A stretch of 64,000 nt of DNA from Candidatus Kapaibacterium sp. (GCA_963664875.1 OY761611.1:2784001-2848000); one strand, 5' to 3'. Positions 47,827 through 58,271 are shown, numbered from the stretch's first letter. Numbers and translations are program-made. The notes: generated by a model from the sequence alone, not told the origin.

Positions 47827-50280
47827 ATGTACAAACACATTAGCATTATAATGATGCTTTTACTGGTCTATTCCGCTTCTGCTCAGCAGGGAAGAGGAAG
47901 GAATCTTGAGGATTTTAAAATTGGTACTATACAGGGCAAAGTTATAGCTGCTGACACAAAAAAAGCTCTACCTTATGCAAATATCTTTATAAAAAGCGTA
48001 AAAGACGATAAAACCGTTACCGGTGCTATCGGCAAGCAGGATGGTAGCTTTCTGATAGAAAAAGTACCGGTTGGTAAATACTATGCGGAAGTAAAATTTA
48101 TAGGCTACGAAAAGAAAGTTATTAAAGATATAACAATATCGCCCAAAAGCAACTTTAGAGATTTTGGTGTGATTTCACTCGAGCAGGCTGTTACTCGCAC
48201 GGGGACTGCGGTGGTTACTGCTGAAAGAGAAAGAGTGGAATTCAAAATTGATAAAAAAGTAGTAAATATATCTACGGATATTGCTTCTCAGGGCAAAACA
48301 GCTGCGGAAGCTCTTGAAAATGTTCCTTCTATAAATGTAGATGTTGAAGGTAATGTGAGCCTCAGAGGTAGCTCAAATTTTACTGTGTTTATAGATGGCA
48401 GACCGAGCGTACTCGATGGCAATGAACTGTTGCAACAGCTCCCTGCTTCTGCAATAGAGAATATTGAGATAATTACCAACCCATCTGCCAAATATGATCC
48501 GGATGGTATGGCGGGCATTATCAATGTTATCACAAAAAAAGATATGCTCAACGGGCTAAGCGGTTTGCTTAATATGTCTGTGGGCACAAAAGACAAATAC
48601 AGCTCTGATCTTACATTGTCTTACAGAACTTCTGACCTCGAATTTTTCGGAGGGTTCGACTGGAATGACAATACTTCTGACGGTAAAGGAGAAATGCGTC
48701 AGGAGACATATTATGCAGATAGTACCGTATTTAGAAGCAATGATGGTAGCAGACTCTTTGCAAGGAATGGTCTAAACGGAAAATTTGGTATCGGATTGAA
48801 CGTTACAGATGCCACAAATATCAAATTAGAAGGTAATGTCGGCAATCGTGGTTTCAACAGAAATGCCTATACAGAAGCAAATCAGTACTCTGACGTTAGA
48901 GATGTGATAGATTATTACGTAAATGATAATAAAGCGAATCGTGATAGAGACTACTATAGCACTTCACTTGACTTCCTGCACCAGTTTGATAAAGGTGGAC
49001 ATCAACTAACCGGTATGGTTTATTTCTCTTCTCGAGAAGCAAACGGAACTGATTTTCAAAGTAAATATATCACTGACAACTTATTTGATAATAAAGTGAT
49101 AGACTATGAGAATAAATCAGTAGAAGACGAGACCGATAAAGACTACCGTTTCAAATTGGATTATTCCCTACCAATTTCTGAAACTGACAAATTTGAAGCC
49201 GGCTGGCAAAGTACAATTGAGGAAGAAAAAGAAAATTTTGTTTTTTACAATTTGCTTGATGGCATTTGGCAGGTAGATGACAAATATACCAATATGATGG
49301 ATTTCAAACTCAATATACAAGCTATGTATGCAACTTACAGCGGGGCTTTTGACCAATTTGGCTATCAGCTTGGGCTAAGAGGCGAATATACTAATAGAAC
49401 TATTGACGTGCAGTTAGCCAATCGCGAATATAAAATAGATAGATTCGACATATTTCCAACTTTACATCTTTCTCAAAAAGTCGGCAAAAAAGACCAGATT
49501 CAAGCAAGTTACAGCCGAAGAATAAACAGACCGAGCGGCAGAGATTTGGATCCATTCCCTTCGTTTATCAATGATTATAATATTCGAATCGGTAATCCGG
49601 AATTGGAACCTGAATATGTTAACTCTATGGAGCTTGGCTACCAGAAAATGTTTGAAGGCGGTATGGTGTCATTAGAATCATTTTATAGGTTGTCAGAAAA
49701 TCTAATCACTCGAACAATCAATACAAAAGATGATGAGCCGGGTATTTTTTATCATACAGTATCTAACTTAGATAAATCGCACACTGCAGGCTTAGAATTG
49801 ATGGCAAATTATGCTTTTACAACTTGGTTCAACTTTAACATAACAGGCTCATATTTCTATTACAAATTAGATGGCAAACTCCAAGATGATGATGCAGTAA
49901 ATAAAAGCACTAACAGCTGGAATTTGAGAGCAATGGGCAATTTTATTCTTGGAGCTGACACAAGGCTGCAATTCAATTCGTTCTACAACGGACCTTCTGT
50001 TTCTGCTCAGGGCGATGTAGAAGGTTTCTTTGATATGTCTGCTTCACTTAGACAAGATTTCATGGACAAAAAGCTATCACTTGCATTAAATGCAAGAAGC
50101 ATCATCGGAAAGATGAAACATGAATTCACTACAAATGGTGCAAATTATTATACTTACAATATGTTCGAAAGAGAAGCACCCGTTATTTCTTTATCTTTGA
50201 CATATAGATTCAATAACTTCAAACAAGAAAAGAAAAACGACAGAGATGGCGGCGGCGATGGAATGGACATGGGATTCTAA
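47827..50280 (+). CDS. TonB-dependent receptor / outer-membrane beta-barrel family protein with N-terminal carboxypeptidase-regulatory-like domain
   Basis: IEIITNPSAKYDPDG.AGIIN plug motif, YSRRINRP, GNPELEPE. Confidence 0.92.
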   Translation: MYKHISIIMMLLLVYSASAQQGRGRNLEDFKIGTIQGKVIAADTKKALPYANIFIKSVKDDKTVTGAIGKQDGSFLIEKVPVGKYYAEVKFIGYEKKVIKDITISPKSNFRDFGVISLEQAVTRTGTAVVTAERERVEFKIDKKVVNISTDIASQGKTAAEALENVPSINVDVEGNVSLRGSSNFTVFIDGRPSVLDGNELLQQLPASAIENIEIITNPSAKYDPDGMAGIINVITKKDMLNGLSGLLNMSVGTKDKYSSDLTLSYRTSDLEFFGGFDWNDNTSDGKGEMRQETYYADSTVFRSNDGSRLFARNGLNGKFGIGLNVTDATNIKLEGNVGNRGFNRNAYTEANQYSDVRDVIDYYVNDNKANRDRDYYSTSLDFLHQFDKGGHQLTGMVYFSSREANGTDFQSKYITDNLFDNKVIDYENKSVEDETDKDYRFKLDYSLPISETDKFEAGWQSTIEEEKENFVFYNLLDGIWQVDDKYTNMMDFKLNIQAMYATYSGAFDQFGYQLGLRGEYTNRTIDVQLANREYKIDRFDIFPTLHLSQKVGKKDQIQASYSRRINRPSGRDLDPFPSFINDYNIRIGNPELEPEYVNSMELGYQKMFEGGMVSLESFYRLSENLITRTINTKDDEPGIFYHTVSNLDKSHTAGLELMANYAFTTWFNFNITGSYFYYKLDGKLQDDDAVNKSTNSWNLRAMGNFILGADTRLQFNSFYNGPSVSAQGDVEGFFDMSASLRQDFMDKKLSLALNARSIIGKMKHEFTTNGANYYTYNMFEREAPVISLSLTYRFNNFKQEKKNDRDGGGDGMDMGF

Positions 50281-50311
50281 ACTCTAAAATAGAATCGCAA
50301 TTATAAGATCA

Positions 50312-50355
50312 AAAAAAGCCCGAAATAATAAAAGTAATTATATTTCGGGCTTTTT
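50312..50355. terminator. Bidirectional terminator
   Basis: AAAAAGCCCGAAATA...TATTTCGGGCTTTTT. Confidence 0.75.
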
Positions 50356-50521
50356 CTTAAATAAGGTTATTACAAAGGATTTGTCTTTAGAAAACAATAT
50401 TGTCTCAGAGTCAATTTTCGTAAACAAACATGTCAAAAGCAAAGAAACAAAATGCTTAACAAACCGAAAAGCTAAGATTTTTATAGCAAGGAAGTTAAAT
50501 ATTAGAATAAACAAAATAGCA

Positions 50522-51868
50522 TTACTTGCCAATGCAAAAGCGAGAGAAGATAGTATTTAATACGTCTTCGTCCCAAGTATCACCGACAATATCACCAAGA
50601 ATTTGTGCAGCTTCTTTGATATCAATAGCTATAATTTCGTTTTCAGTGTATATATCTAATGCGTTTAAAGCATTTTGCAATGACTCAGCTGCCTTGGTTA
50701 GCAGCTCTGCGTGTCTTTTATTTATTAGAATGTCTGTGATTCTATCAGCAGACTTTTCTGCCTCATCGCCAATTGTCCTTCGTAAAGTGTCCACGCCTTC
50801 ATTGAGCTTAGCAGAGATAAAGTAGGTTTCATCGTCATTACATTGAGTAATATTTACAAGATCGACTTTGTTTTGTAATAATAAAACTTTTCTGTCGGAA
50901 TATTTCTCTTTGAGTCTTCGATATAAGCTATCTGAGTGCTTTACAGACTCGGAGACATCGTTTAATACAAGTATCAGATTGGATTGCTCCAAAACAGATT
51001 CCACAAGCCTAATGCCCTCTATTTCGATTAAATCCTTACTGTCTTCACGTAAGCCGGCAGTGTCAGTAAGTTTGACCGTTATGCCACCAAGTATTATATT
51101 TTCTTCGAGGTAATCACGTGTAGTGCCGGGAGTAGGACTGACAATAGCACGTTGACGGCTCAGCAGAGTGTTAAATAGAGTTGATTTACCTGAATTAGGA
51201 TAACCTGCCAAAGCCACATAAAATCCGGATCTTAGGATTTCTGCGGAGCTGTATGAGGAAGCTAACTCTTTGCAAAAATCTATAGCGTCATTTACTCGCT
51301 GCTTAAATTCTGTTTTATCTACAAACTCCAATTCTTCTTCTGAAAAATCTAATTCTAACTCGAGTAACGCAGCAGTATCTAAAAGCTTTTGCCTGAGTTC
51401 GGCGAGCCTTAGAGTAAAATTGCCTGATAGCTGACGTGCTGCAGTTTGAGCTCCGGGAATAGATGTAGAGTGAATTAAATCCGCAACTGCTTCTACCTGA
51501 GTCAAATCCAATTTACCATTTAGAAATGCTTTCTTAGTAAATTCTCCGGGTTCGGCAGGGTAAGCTCCATTCTCAAAAAGTACTTTTAGTATTTCCTGGG
51601 AAACAATCTGACCTCCATGACAGCCAATCTCTATTACATTTTCACCTGTATAAGAGCGAGGGGCTTTGAAAGTAGAAACTGTAACAGTATCTATTACTTT
51701 GTCAGATGAGACTATTTTGCCGTAAATAATCCTATGGGAAGCAGCTTCTAAAAGATTTCCTGAAAAACATTTGTTGACAATCTCAAATGATTCTTCACCG
51801 GAAATTCTGATTACGTGAAGTCCGCCCGTACCCGGTGGAGTTGCCAGTGCAGCTATGGTTCTACTCAT
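50522..51868 (-). CDS. mnmE: tRNA modification GTPase MnmE
   Basis: TIAALATP, SYTGE, GYPNSGKS, GTTRD, DTAG, NKVD, FCIGK. Confidence 0.97.
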   Translation of the reverse strand: MSRTIAALATPPGTGGLHVIRISGEESFEIVNKCFSGNLLEAASHRIIYGKIVSSDKVIDTVTVSTFKAPRSYTGENVIEIGCHGGQIVSQEILKVLFENGAYPAEPGEFTKKAFLNGKLDLTQVEAVADLIHSTSIPGAQTAARQLSGNFTLRLAELRQKLLDTAALLELELDFSEEELEFVDKTEFKQRVNDAIDFCKELASSYSSAEILRSGFYVALAGYPNSGKSTLFNTLLSRQRAIVSPTPGTTRDYLEENIILGGITVKLTDTAGLREDSKDLIEIEGIRLVESVLEQSNLILVLNDVSESVKHSDSLYRRLKEKYSDRKVLLLQNKVDLVNITQCNDDETYFISAKLNEGVDTLRRTIGDEAEKSADRITDILINKRHAELLTKAAESLQNALNALDIYTENEIIAIDIKEAAQILGDIVGDTWDEDVLNTIFSRFCIGK

Positions 51869-51870
51869 TG

Positions 51871-52347
51871 CTAACCTATTTCATAATATTTTGTCAAAGT
51901 CAACATATCGCTTTCTTCTGTAAGGATTTTACATATTTCAGAAAACAGCTGCTCTTCCTGCTCTGAAAATCTCTCAAAAACCGGACTGTCGCAATCAAGT
52001 ACACCATAAAATTTGTCATCTTTCATCAGAGGAACTACGATTTCTGAATTGGAGGAGGAGTCACAGGCAATGTGTCCCTCAAATTTATGAACATCAGGTA
52101 CAATTATCGTTTTAGTTTCTAAAGCAGAAGTACCACATACACCTCTTCCCAAAGGAATGCGGATGCAAGCAGTTTTGCCTTGGAACGGGCCCAAAACAAG
52201 TTCATTTCCAAGTTTCATGTAAAAGCCAATCCAGTTTATATCCTGCATTTTTTCGTAAATAAGAGCAGATATATTTGCTGCATTTGCAATAAAGTTAGAT
52301 TCACCTTTGCAAAGAGATTTTGCCTGAGCTATAATTTCAGAGTACAT
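51871..52347 (-). CDS. msrC: GAF-domain free methionine-R-sulfoxide reductase
   Basis: NWIGFY, LGPFQG..AC, GVCG, HIACD...SEIVVP. Confidence 0.88.
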   Translation of the reverse strand: MYSEIIAQAKSLCKGESNFIANAANISALIYEKMQDINWIGFYMKLGNELVLGPFQGKTACIRIPLGRGVCGTSALETKTIIVPDVHKFEGHIACDSSSNSEIVVPLMKDDKFYGVLDCDSPVFERFSEQEEQLFSEICKILTEESDMLTLTKYYEIG

Positions 52348-52353
52348 AGTTGT

Positions 52354-52998
52354 TTACCTCAATTCCATTTCTTTTCGATACTGATATATATCTTCAATAG
52401 TAACAACTGGCATGCCATGTTTTTCTGCAAAGTTAACTATTTCGGGTAGTCTTGCCATGGTGCCGTCTTCATTTGTTAGTTCGCAAAGCACAGCACTATC
52501 TCCGAGATTTGCTAACTTAACCAAATCAATGCTGCCTTCGGTATGCCCTCTTCTTTCGAAAACGCCTCCATTTTTCGCTCTAAGAGGAAAAACATGCCCC
52601 GGATGGACAAGATCATTCGGTACAGCATTGTCAGCGATTGCTGTTTTAATTGTTGTTATACGGTCAGAAGCAGATACACCTGTGCTGACACCCTTTCTTG
52701 CTTCGATAGAAACAGTAAATGCTGTTTGATTTTTGCTTTCGTTACATTGAACCATAGGAGGCAAGCCAAGAGTTTGGCATCTTTCCTCAGTTAGACATAG
52801 GCAAACGATGCCGCTACATTCTCTAATCATAAGTGCCATATCTTTCACATCCATTTTTGCAGCAGGGAAAATAATATCGCCTTCGTTTTCTCTGTTTTCA
52901 TCATCTACGAGCAATATACCTGTACCTTTTTGTAACGCTTTTATTGCTTTAGTTATGCGTTCAGAATAGCTCTGGCCAAACTTACTTAATAAATCCAT
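52354..52998 (-). CDS. ribB: 3,4-dihydroxy-2-butanone-4-phosphate synthase
   Basis: [32 protein letters not shown]; FMN riboswitch upstream. Confidence 0.97.
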   Translation of the reverse strand: MDLLSKFGQSYSERITKAIKALQKGTGILLVDDENRENEGDIIFPAAKMDVKDMALMIRECSGIVCLCLTEERCQTLGLPPMVQCNESKNQTAFTVSIEARKGVSTGVSASDRITTIKTAIADNAVPNDLVHPGHVFPLRAKNGGVFERRGHTEGSIDLVKLANLGDSAVLCELTNEDGTMARLPEIVNFAEKHGMPVVTIEDIYQYRKEMELR

Positions 52999-53119
52999 CG
53001 AATAATCCGAAATAATATGAAAAACTCAGAATTTGAATTAAATTCAAACGGAGCTAATAAAGAAGGAGCAATCGCAGCTTGGACGCAGCAATTACAAGCA
53101 GGATGCAAACACAGACCTG

Positions 53120-53414
53120 TTTCTTCTCTCATCCGGACTATAACCGTCGGTATCGGATTTTCACCGATTCAATGGTGCTGTCTCATTCGTTTAGTTTTGA
53201 AGATATTTTGCAGGTTTGTATTTATTATCTAATTTCGGTGAGCTAAGCTCATTTTCTAAGATGAATATTATTACTGCCGCTTCTTTGTTGTAAGTTCGGC
53301 ATGTGTTTTCTGCTTTTTAAGTCAATATCTTCTGTCTATTTGATTTGTACATGAGACAGCCCCGGTCGCGGACTTTAACCGCCGGTGGGGAATTGCACCC
53401 CGCCCCGAAGAATA
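53120..53414 (-). ncRNA. FMN (RFN) riboswitch with very large P4 insertion
   Basis: Minus strand: TCTTCGGGGCGGGGTGCAATTCCCCACCGGCGGTTAAAGTCCGCGA...TTGAATCGGTGAAAATCCGATACCGACGGTTATAGTCCGGATGAGAGAAGA, upstream of ribB. Confidence 0.92.
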
Positions 53415-53483
53415 TATGTAATTTATACTTTTTTATTGAAAAATAAAAAGCTCAAAAATATTTTGAGCTGAGTATAAACTAAA

Positions 53484-53512
53484 AAAAAGCCTTGAATCGA
53501 AATTCAAGACTT
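53484..53512 (-). terminator. Terminator after rpsT-tRNA
   Basis: AAAGTCTTGAAT...ATTCAAGGCTTTTTTT on the minus strand. Confidence 0.65.
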
Positions 53513-53521
53513 TGGTAAGTG

Positions 53522-53595
53522 TACACCCGAAAGGATTCGAACCTTTAACCTTCTGATCCGTAGTCAGATACTCTATCCAGTTGAGCTACGGGTGC
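53522..53595 (-). tRNA. tRNA-Arg(ACG)
   Basis: GCACCCGTAGCTCAACTGGATAGAGTATCTGACTACGGATCAGAAGGTTAAAGGTTCGAATCCTTTCGGGTGTA; cloverleaf; CCA not encoded. Confidence 0.97.
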
Positions 53596-53610
53596 AACCT
53601 TGTCAATTTT

Positions 53611-53871
53611 TTAAGCAGTCTTCAAAGAATCTACAAATTTTTGTAGAGAAGACTTGCGGTTAGCAGCAGTATTTTTATGGATGATACCTTTGCAGCTAAC
53701 TCTGTCTAACAAACGTGTAGCAAGTCTGAATTTTTCGAAAGCTTCTTCGTATGTAGCAGCTTCACGAACAGCTTTGATAGCATTCTTAACTAATTTCTTG
53801 TTAAGTCTGTTATAAAGTTTGCGTTTTCTCGTTTGTCTAATTCTTTTAATCGCTGATTTGTGATGAGCCAT
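53611..53871 (-). CDS. rpsT: 30S ribosomal protein S20
   Basis: MAHHKSAIKRIRQ, KGIIHKNTAANRKS. Confidence 0.97.
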   Translation of the reverse strand: MAHHKSAIKRIRQTRKRKLYNRLNKKLVKNAIKAVREAATYEEAFEKFRLATRLLDRVSCKGIIHKNTAANRKSSLQKFVDSLKTA

Positions 53872-54183
53872 GTCGTCTTCTGTATTTTAAACTTTAAAAA
53901 TCAATCACTGTTTTTAAGAATCACAAATTTATACAATTTTTTGCATTCCTGCAAAATATTTTTTCTCAAATTGTCAAATATTGAATTCTTATTGCTATCG
54001 ATTGCGTTTCGATTAGCAGACAAATATAAGGAAGAATCGATAATATGCAAAAAACTTTTTTCGATGTACGCAATCCAAAGAAAAGAATCTTGCTTATAGT
54101 CTGATATTGTTTATTTTTGTTATAATAATGTAAATACCTTCTACGTTTCCAAAACATCATTTGCACAAAAGAAGGGGGCAAAA

Positions 54184-55578
54184 ATGCTTAAAGAACTCTT
54201 GAAGCCGGAAATATTGGAACTCATTGCAAACAGAGACTGGAATAATCTAAAAGATGTTCTGATTACCTGGCCTGCTCCCGAGATTGCTGACTTACTTTTA
54301 GACTTAGACAAGACTGATAGAGTATTTATTTTCAGGTCTCTCCCGCGAGACTTTTCTGCTGACATTTTTTCGTACTTAGAATACGAACAAAGAGACAGTT
54401 TACTGCATGACCTTACTGACCATGAAACACGACTGTTGCTCGCTGATTTGTCTCCTGACGATAGGACGGAGCTATTAGAAGAGTTGCCTGCCAAGGTTAC
54501 ACGGCGAATGCTTAATCTACTTTCCCCGGAAGATTTGATAGAAGCAAGGCAGCTGCTTGGCTACCCCGAAGATAGTATCGGACGTCAAATGACTCCTGAT
54601 TTTGTAGCGGTTCGACCGGACTGGACTGTCAGAGATGCACTAAACCATATAAGGCAATTTGGAAAAGATAGTGAGACTATTTACAGAATATATGTTACTG
54701 ATAAAGATGGTAAGCTTTTAGATGATATTTTGCTTAGGTCATTTATTGTTTCAAATGAAAACCAAAAAGTATCTTCCCTTATGGACTACAATGTGGTAAG
54801 TGTTTCGGCTTTCGAGGATCAGGAAGAGGCTGTAAGGAAAATGGAAAAATATGACCTTTTTGCTATTCCGGTTGTAGATTCTGTCGGGATGCTTGTAGGT
54901 ATAATAACATTCGATGATGTTCTTGATATTTCCGAAGAAGAAGCTACCGAAGATATTCAAAAACTTTCTGCGATTAACCCTGTTGAACAGTCTTATTTAA
55001 ACGTAAATCCAATTAAATATTGGTCTAAGAGATTGCCTTGGCTCATCACCCTGTTAGTTGCAAACGTAATCACTGCTTCAGCGATGCAGAACTATAATGT
55101 TGTCATTGCGAAAGTAGCTCTTCTCTCGAATTTTATTCCTCTTATATTAGGAACAGCCGGAAATTCCGGTTCGCAATCTTCAGTTCTTGTTGTAAGAGCT
55201 TTAGCATTAGATGATATCAAACTCAAAGATTGGCTTAAAATTGTAAAAAAAGAAGTAGTTGTTGGGGTTTTACTTTCGAGCATTTTGGGCTTGATTAGCT
55301 TTGCGATAGCACTGTTTATTCAATATATAGATTCCAATGCTATTGCCGGTATGATGAGTATCAGAGTGGCATCTGTGGTTAGTTTGTCTTTATTTATTAT
55401 GATAATTTGGTCATGCACAATTGGGAGTGTTTTACCTCTTTTATTCAAACGAATTGGTTTTGACCCCGCGGTTATTTCAAATCCGTTTATCACAACTATT
55501 ACTGATATATCGGGTATTATTATTTATTTTAGCATTGCAGTCTGGCTCTTAGGGGATTTAATAAATGCAGTGCCATAA
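54184..55578 (+). CDS. mgtE: Magnesium transporter MgtE
   Basis: YPEDSIGRQMT, CBS pair, GNSGSQ, DPA...PFITTITD. Confidence 0.95.
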   Translation: MLKELLKPEILELIANRDWNNLKDVLITWPAPEIADLLLDLDKTDRVFIFRSLPRDFSADIFSYLEYEQRDSLLHDLTDHETRLLLADLSPDDRTELLEELPAKVTRRMLNLLSPEDLIEARQLLGYPEDSIGRQMTPDFVAVRPDWTVRDALNHIRQFGKDSETIYRIYVTDKDGKLLDDILLRSFIVSNENQKVSSLMDYNVVSVSAFEDQEEAVRKMEKYDLFAIPVVDSVGMLVGIITFDDVLDISEEEATEDIQKLSAINPVEQSYLNVNPIKYWSKRLPWLITLLVANVITASAMQNYNVVIAKVALLSNFIPLILGTAGNSGSQSSVLVVRALALDDIKLKDWLKIVKKEVVVGVLLSSILGLISFAIALFIQYIDSNAIAGMMSIRVASVVSLSLFIMIIWSCTIGSVLPLLFKRIGFDPAVISNPFITTITDISGIIIYFSIAVWLLGDLINAVP

Positions 55579-55639
55579 GGCAAGCACGAGTTTTTTTCCT
55601 GATAATCAAAAAGTAAGTTCTAAAAGCAGTTTCTGGCAG

Positions 55640-56746
55640 CTAATCTCCGGATACTGCTTTTAGTATAATATTAGCACATTCTTTTGCTGCAAATGGTCTG
55701 CCGAGAGTTCTTGCTCTGCTCGACATATTAGCAAGTTTAGTATCGTCATTAATCAAAGACATCAAAGCTGAGAAAAGTTTATCGCCGACTTCTTTATCAT
55801 TTAGCATTATAGCGGCATTGTTTTCCATCAACGCTTTGGCATTATGAGCCTGTTCGTTGTTCGAAGCAGTTGAGAGAGGTACCAAAATAGAAGGTTTACC
55901 AATTGCAGCAATTTCTGCAACAGTTGTGCCGCCTGATCGGCATACTAGCAAATCAGAAGCTGAGTATGCTATATTCATATCATCAACAAACTCAACTACT
56001 TTAATATTTTTGGGTATTAGCTTAGGTGCTTCAAAATTTTTCCCGGTTTGCCAAAGAATATTTAAACCGGATTCTGCAAGATTGTTTAAATATTTGAGCA
56101 TTGCCTGATTGATGGATTTTGCTCCAAGGCTTCCGCCAAAAACAAAAACCATTTTACGCTCTCTATCGAAACCCAATTCTTCTTTTGCTTTACCCTGCTC
56201 CGGCATAACAAGAATATTGTCTCTGATTGGATTGCCGGTGTGTATTATTTTAGATTGTGTTTCAAAAGGAAAGTACTTTTTACTTTCTTCGTAGGAAGTG
56301 AAGATAAATCGAGCTTTATTGGCAAGAGACATAATAGTTTTGCCGGGGTTTACATTCGCTTCTAAGAGGAACAAAGGAGTTCTTGTAATAGAAGAAGCTA
56401 TGCCCGGAGGATAACTAATGTAAGCACCTGCTGCAATTACTGCATCTATCTTTTCTTTTTTAATCAGTTTTTTTATTTTGCGAGTAGAGCATAGTATTTT
56501 AAAGGGTAAAGCCAAAGTAGCAAATGAGAATTTTTTGACTAAACCTGATATATTCATAGGTATAAATGGATATCCCATAGCCGGAATTTTTTCTGCTTCA
56601 ATTTTGTCAGGTCTTCCTGTAAAAAAAAGTTTTACCTTTTTGTCCGAAGTTTTTTCTATTTCTTTAGCGACTGCCAACGCCGGAAAAAGATGCCCCCCGG
56701 TTCCGCCTGCCGCCACAAGGATATTGATAGTTTCTTTTTGTTTCAT
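55640..56746 (-). CDS. murG: UDP-GlcNAc:lipid I N-acetylglucosaminyltransferase
   Basis: GGTGGHLFP, TGNPIR, GGSLGA, CRSGGTT, EQAHNA. Confidence 0.93.
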   Translation of the reverse strand: MKQKETINILVAAGGTGGHLFPALAVAKEIEKTSDKKVKLFFTGRPDKIEAEKIPAMGYPFIPMNISGLVKKFSFATLALPFKILCSTRKIKKLIKKEKIDAVIAAGAYISYPPGIASSITRTPLFLLEANVNPGKTIMSLANKARFIFTSYEESKKYFPFETQSKIIHTGNPIRDNILVMPEQGKAKEELGFDRERKMVFVFGGSLGAKSINQAMLKYLNNLAESGLNILWQTGKNFEAPKLIPKNIKVVEFVDDMNIAYSASDLLVCRSGGTTVAEIAAIGKPSILVPLSTASNNEQAHNAKALMENNAAIMLNDKEVGDKLFSALMSLINDDTKLANMSSRARTLGRPFAAKECANIILKAVSGD

Positions 56747-56894
56747 GCTGCTTTTTTAAGTGTAGTTTTTTTGTGATGATAATTTGTTTTAATAAGAAAG
56801 TGCAATAGGTACTTGATCGTAAATCGATGAAAATAACAGTACCATTCCTTTTTAAAACGAATTATATTAAGTAGTCAATTAAAGCAATTAGGTC

Positions 56895-58271
56895 TTAGTT
56901 TGCAAGTGTTTTTTTACGAATTTCATCTAAATCTGAAGTGCCTGGTATTTCTATATTGCCCTCTTCATCTATGAGAAAGTAAATTGGTAAGTCCCTAATA
57001 AGTAATTTTTCTGCTAATTCGGAATAAAATCCATTAGGTTCGTAGAGATTTGTACCTGCAATTTTATAGTTTTCTATCAGAGATTTCCACAATTTTTTGT
57101 TGTCATTCCCGAGAGAAATTGAAATAGCAGCAATGCTGTCATTTGGAGGGAAGTTTTCATATAACTGTCTGAGTGCAGTCAGGTCTTTTTCGCCTGCATC
57201 TCTGAACATGATAACAAGTTTATTACCTTTAAAGCGGAATAGATTGTTTTGATATGTTTTGTTGTCTTGTAGTAGAAATTCAGGGAAAGCATTTCCCGGT
57301 TGAAACTTGAAGTGTTTATCAATAAGATCAATCAAATAATCACGGTAATCAGTCTCATGCATTTCAGGAGTGATAGTTTGGCGTTTCCCAAAAATATATA
57401 GCTCATCTGTGTAGCTCCATTCGCGAGGAATTATCTTTTCGAATAGGCTGACTATACATATATCTCGGAAGCTATAAATTGTTTTGCTCATGATGCTGTC
57501 TATGACAGCGTCGTACTTTTCAGCACCTGTTTCGGTGGTATCCATACCGACTGTTTTTAGAAAATAATCTGTCATAAGATTGGCAAAATGGAAAAAGGCT
57601 CTGTCATTTTTATAAATTGCACCTTTGATATTATATTTCTTTACCAGTCTATTAAAATTGCTGTCGCTATAGTCGGATTTGAAGCTGCAAATATCAAAAA
57701 GCAAATCAAAGTGTCTTGCCCAATCTTCTTTCAAAGAAGCGTGAGCCTCTCTAAATTCAGCAAAATAATCTTTAACAAATAATTCAATAGATTTTTGAGA
57801 CTGCATAAGAATTGGATTGCAGTTAAAATCTCTACTCATCATATTATCTTCGAAAGTTCTTAGCCTGTCAGAAATGTTATAGAGTGAATCTCTAAAAAAA
57901 ATCTTTTTATAGCCTTCTCCACCAATATTGAGAATCCTACCCTGAGCCAAATCTAAATCTAAATAAACAGAGTCTCCTTTGCTTATATAGATTGGCAGGC
58001 TATAATTATATTTCCTAAAATTGAGAGTTGCAAAAACATCATCTTCCTTAGCAGAAGAATAAAATTTGAAAACGCTGTCTTTTCCGATATAAATTGTGTC
58101 TATAATTGAAGGAAGAGAGTATTTGAAAAATAGATTTTGCGAAGTGATAAACATCTTATCAGTATATGAATTGTGCAGTTTGCCCTGCACAATTATATCC
58201 GGTCGAGAAAAAATATTTTCACGACAAGACGCCAATAACAACAGAAGCAATAATAAACAGATATTTTTCAT
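56895..58271 (-). CDS. Lipoprotein with C-terminal thioredoxin/TlpA-like fold lacking CxxC
   Basis: LASC lipobox; PGNAFPEF.L, FKGNKLVIMF, ISIS, LPIYFLIDEEG. Confidence 0.75.
   Translation of the reverse strand: MKNICLLLLLLLLASCRENIFSRPDIIVQGKLHNSYTDKMFITSQNLFFKYSLPSIIDTIYIGKDSVFKFYSSAKEDDVFATLNFRKYNYSLPIYISKGDSVYLDLDLAQGRILNIGGEGYKKIFFRDSLYNISDRLRTFEDNMMSRDFNCNPILMQSQKSIELFVKDYFAEFREAHASLKEDWARHFDLLFDICSFKSDYSDSNFNRLVKKYNIKGAIYKNDRAFFHFANLMTDYFLKTVGMDTTETGAEKYDAVIDSIMSKTIYSFRDICIVSLFEKIIPREWSYTDELYIFGKRQTITPEMHETDYRDYLIDLIDKHFKFQPGNAFPEFLLQDNKTYQNNLFRFKGNKLVIMFRDAGEKDLTALRQLYENFPPNDSIAAISISLGNDNKKLWKSLIENYKIAGTNLYEPNGFYSELAEKLLIRDLPIYFLIDEEGNIEIPGTSDLDEIRKKTLAN

Noticed and set aside
53017-53232. 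71-aa plus-strand ORF
   Set aside because: It is antisense to the FMN riboswitch and has no protein-like features
53187-53350. Mini-ORFs inside the riboswitch insert (MYKSNRQKILT, MPNLQQRSGSNNIHLRK)
   Set aside because: Too short, no RBS, and expected by chance
53414-53595. tRNA-Arg as the integration site of an island carrying ribB
   Set aside because: No duplicated tRNA 3' end and no integrase seen; the downstream genes are housekeeping
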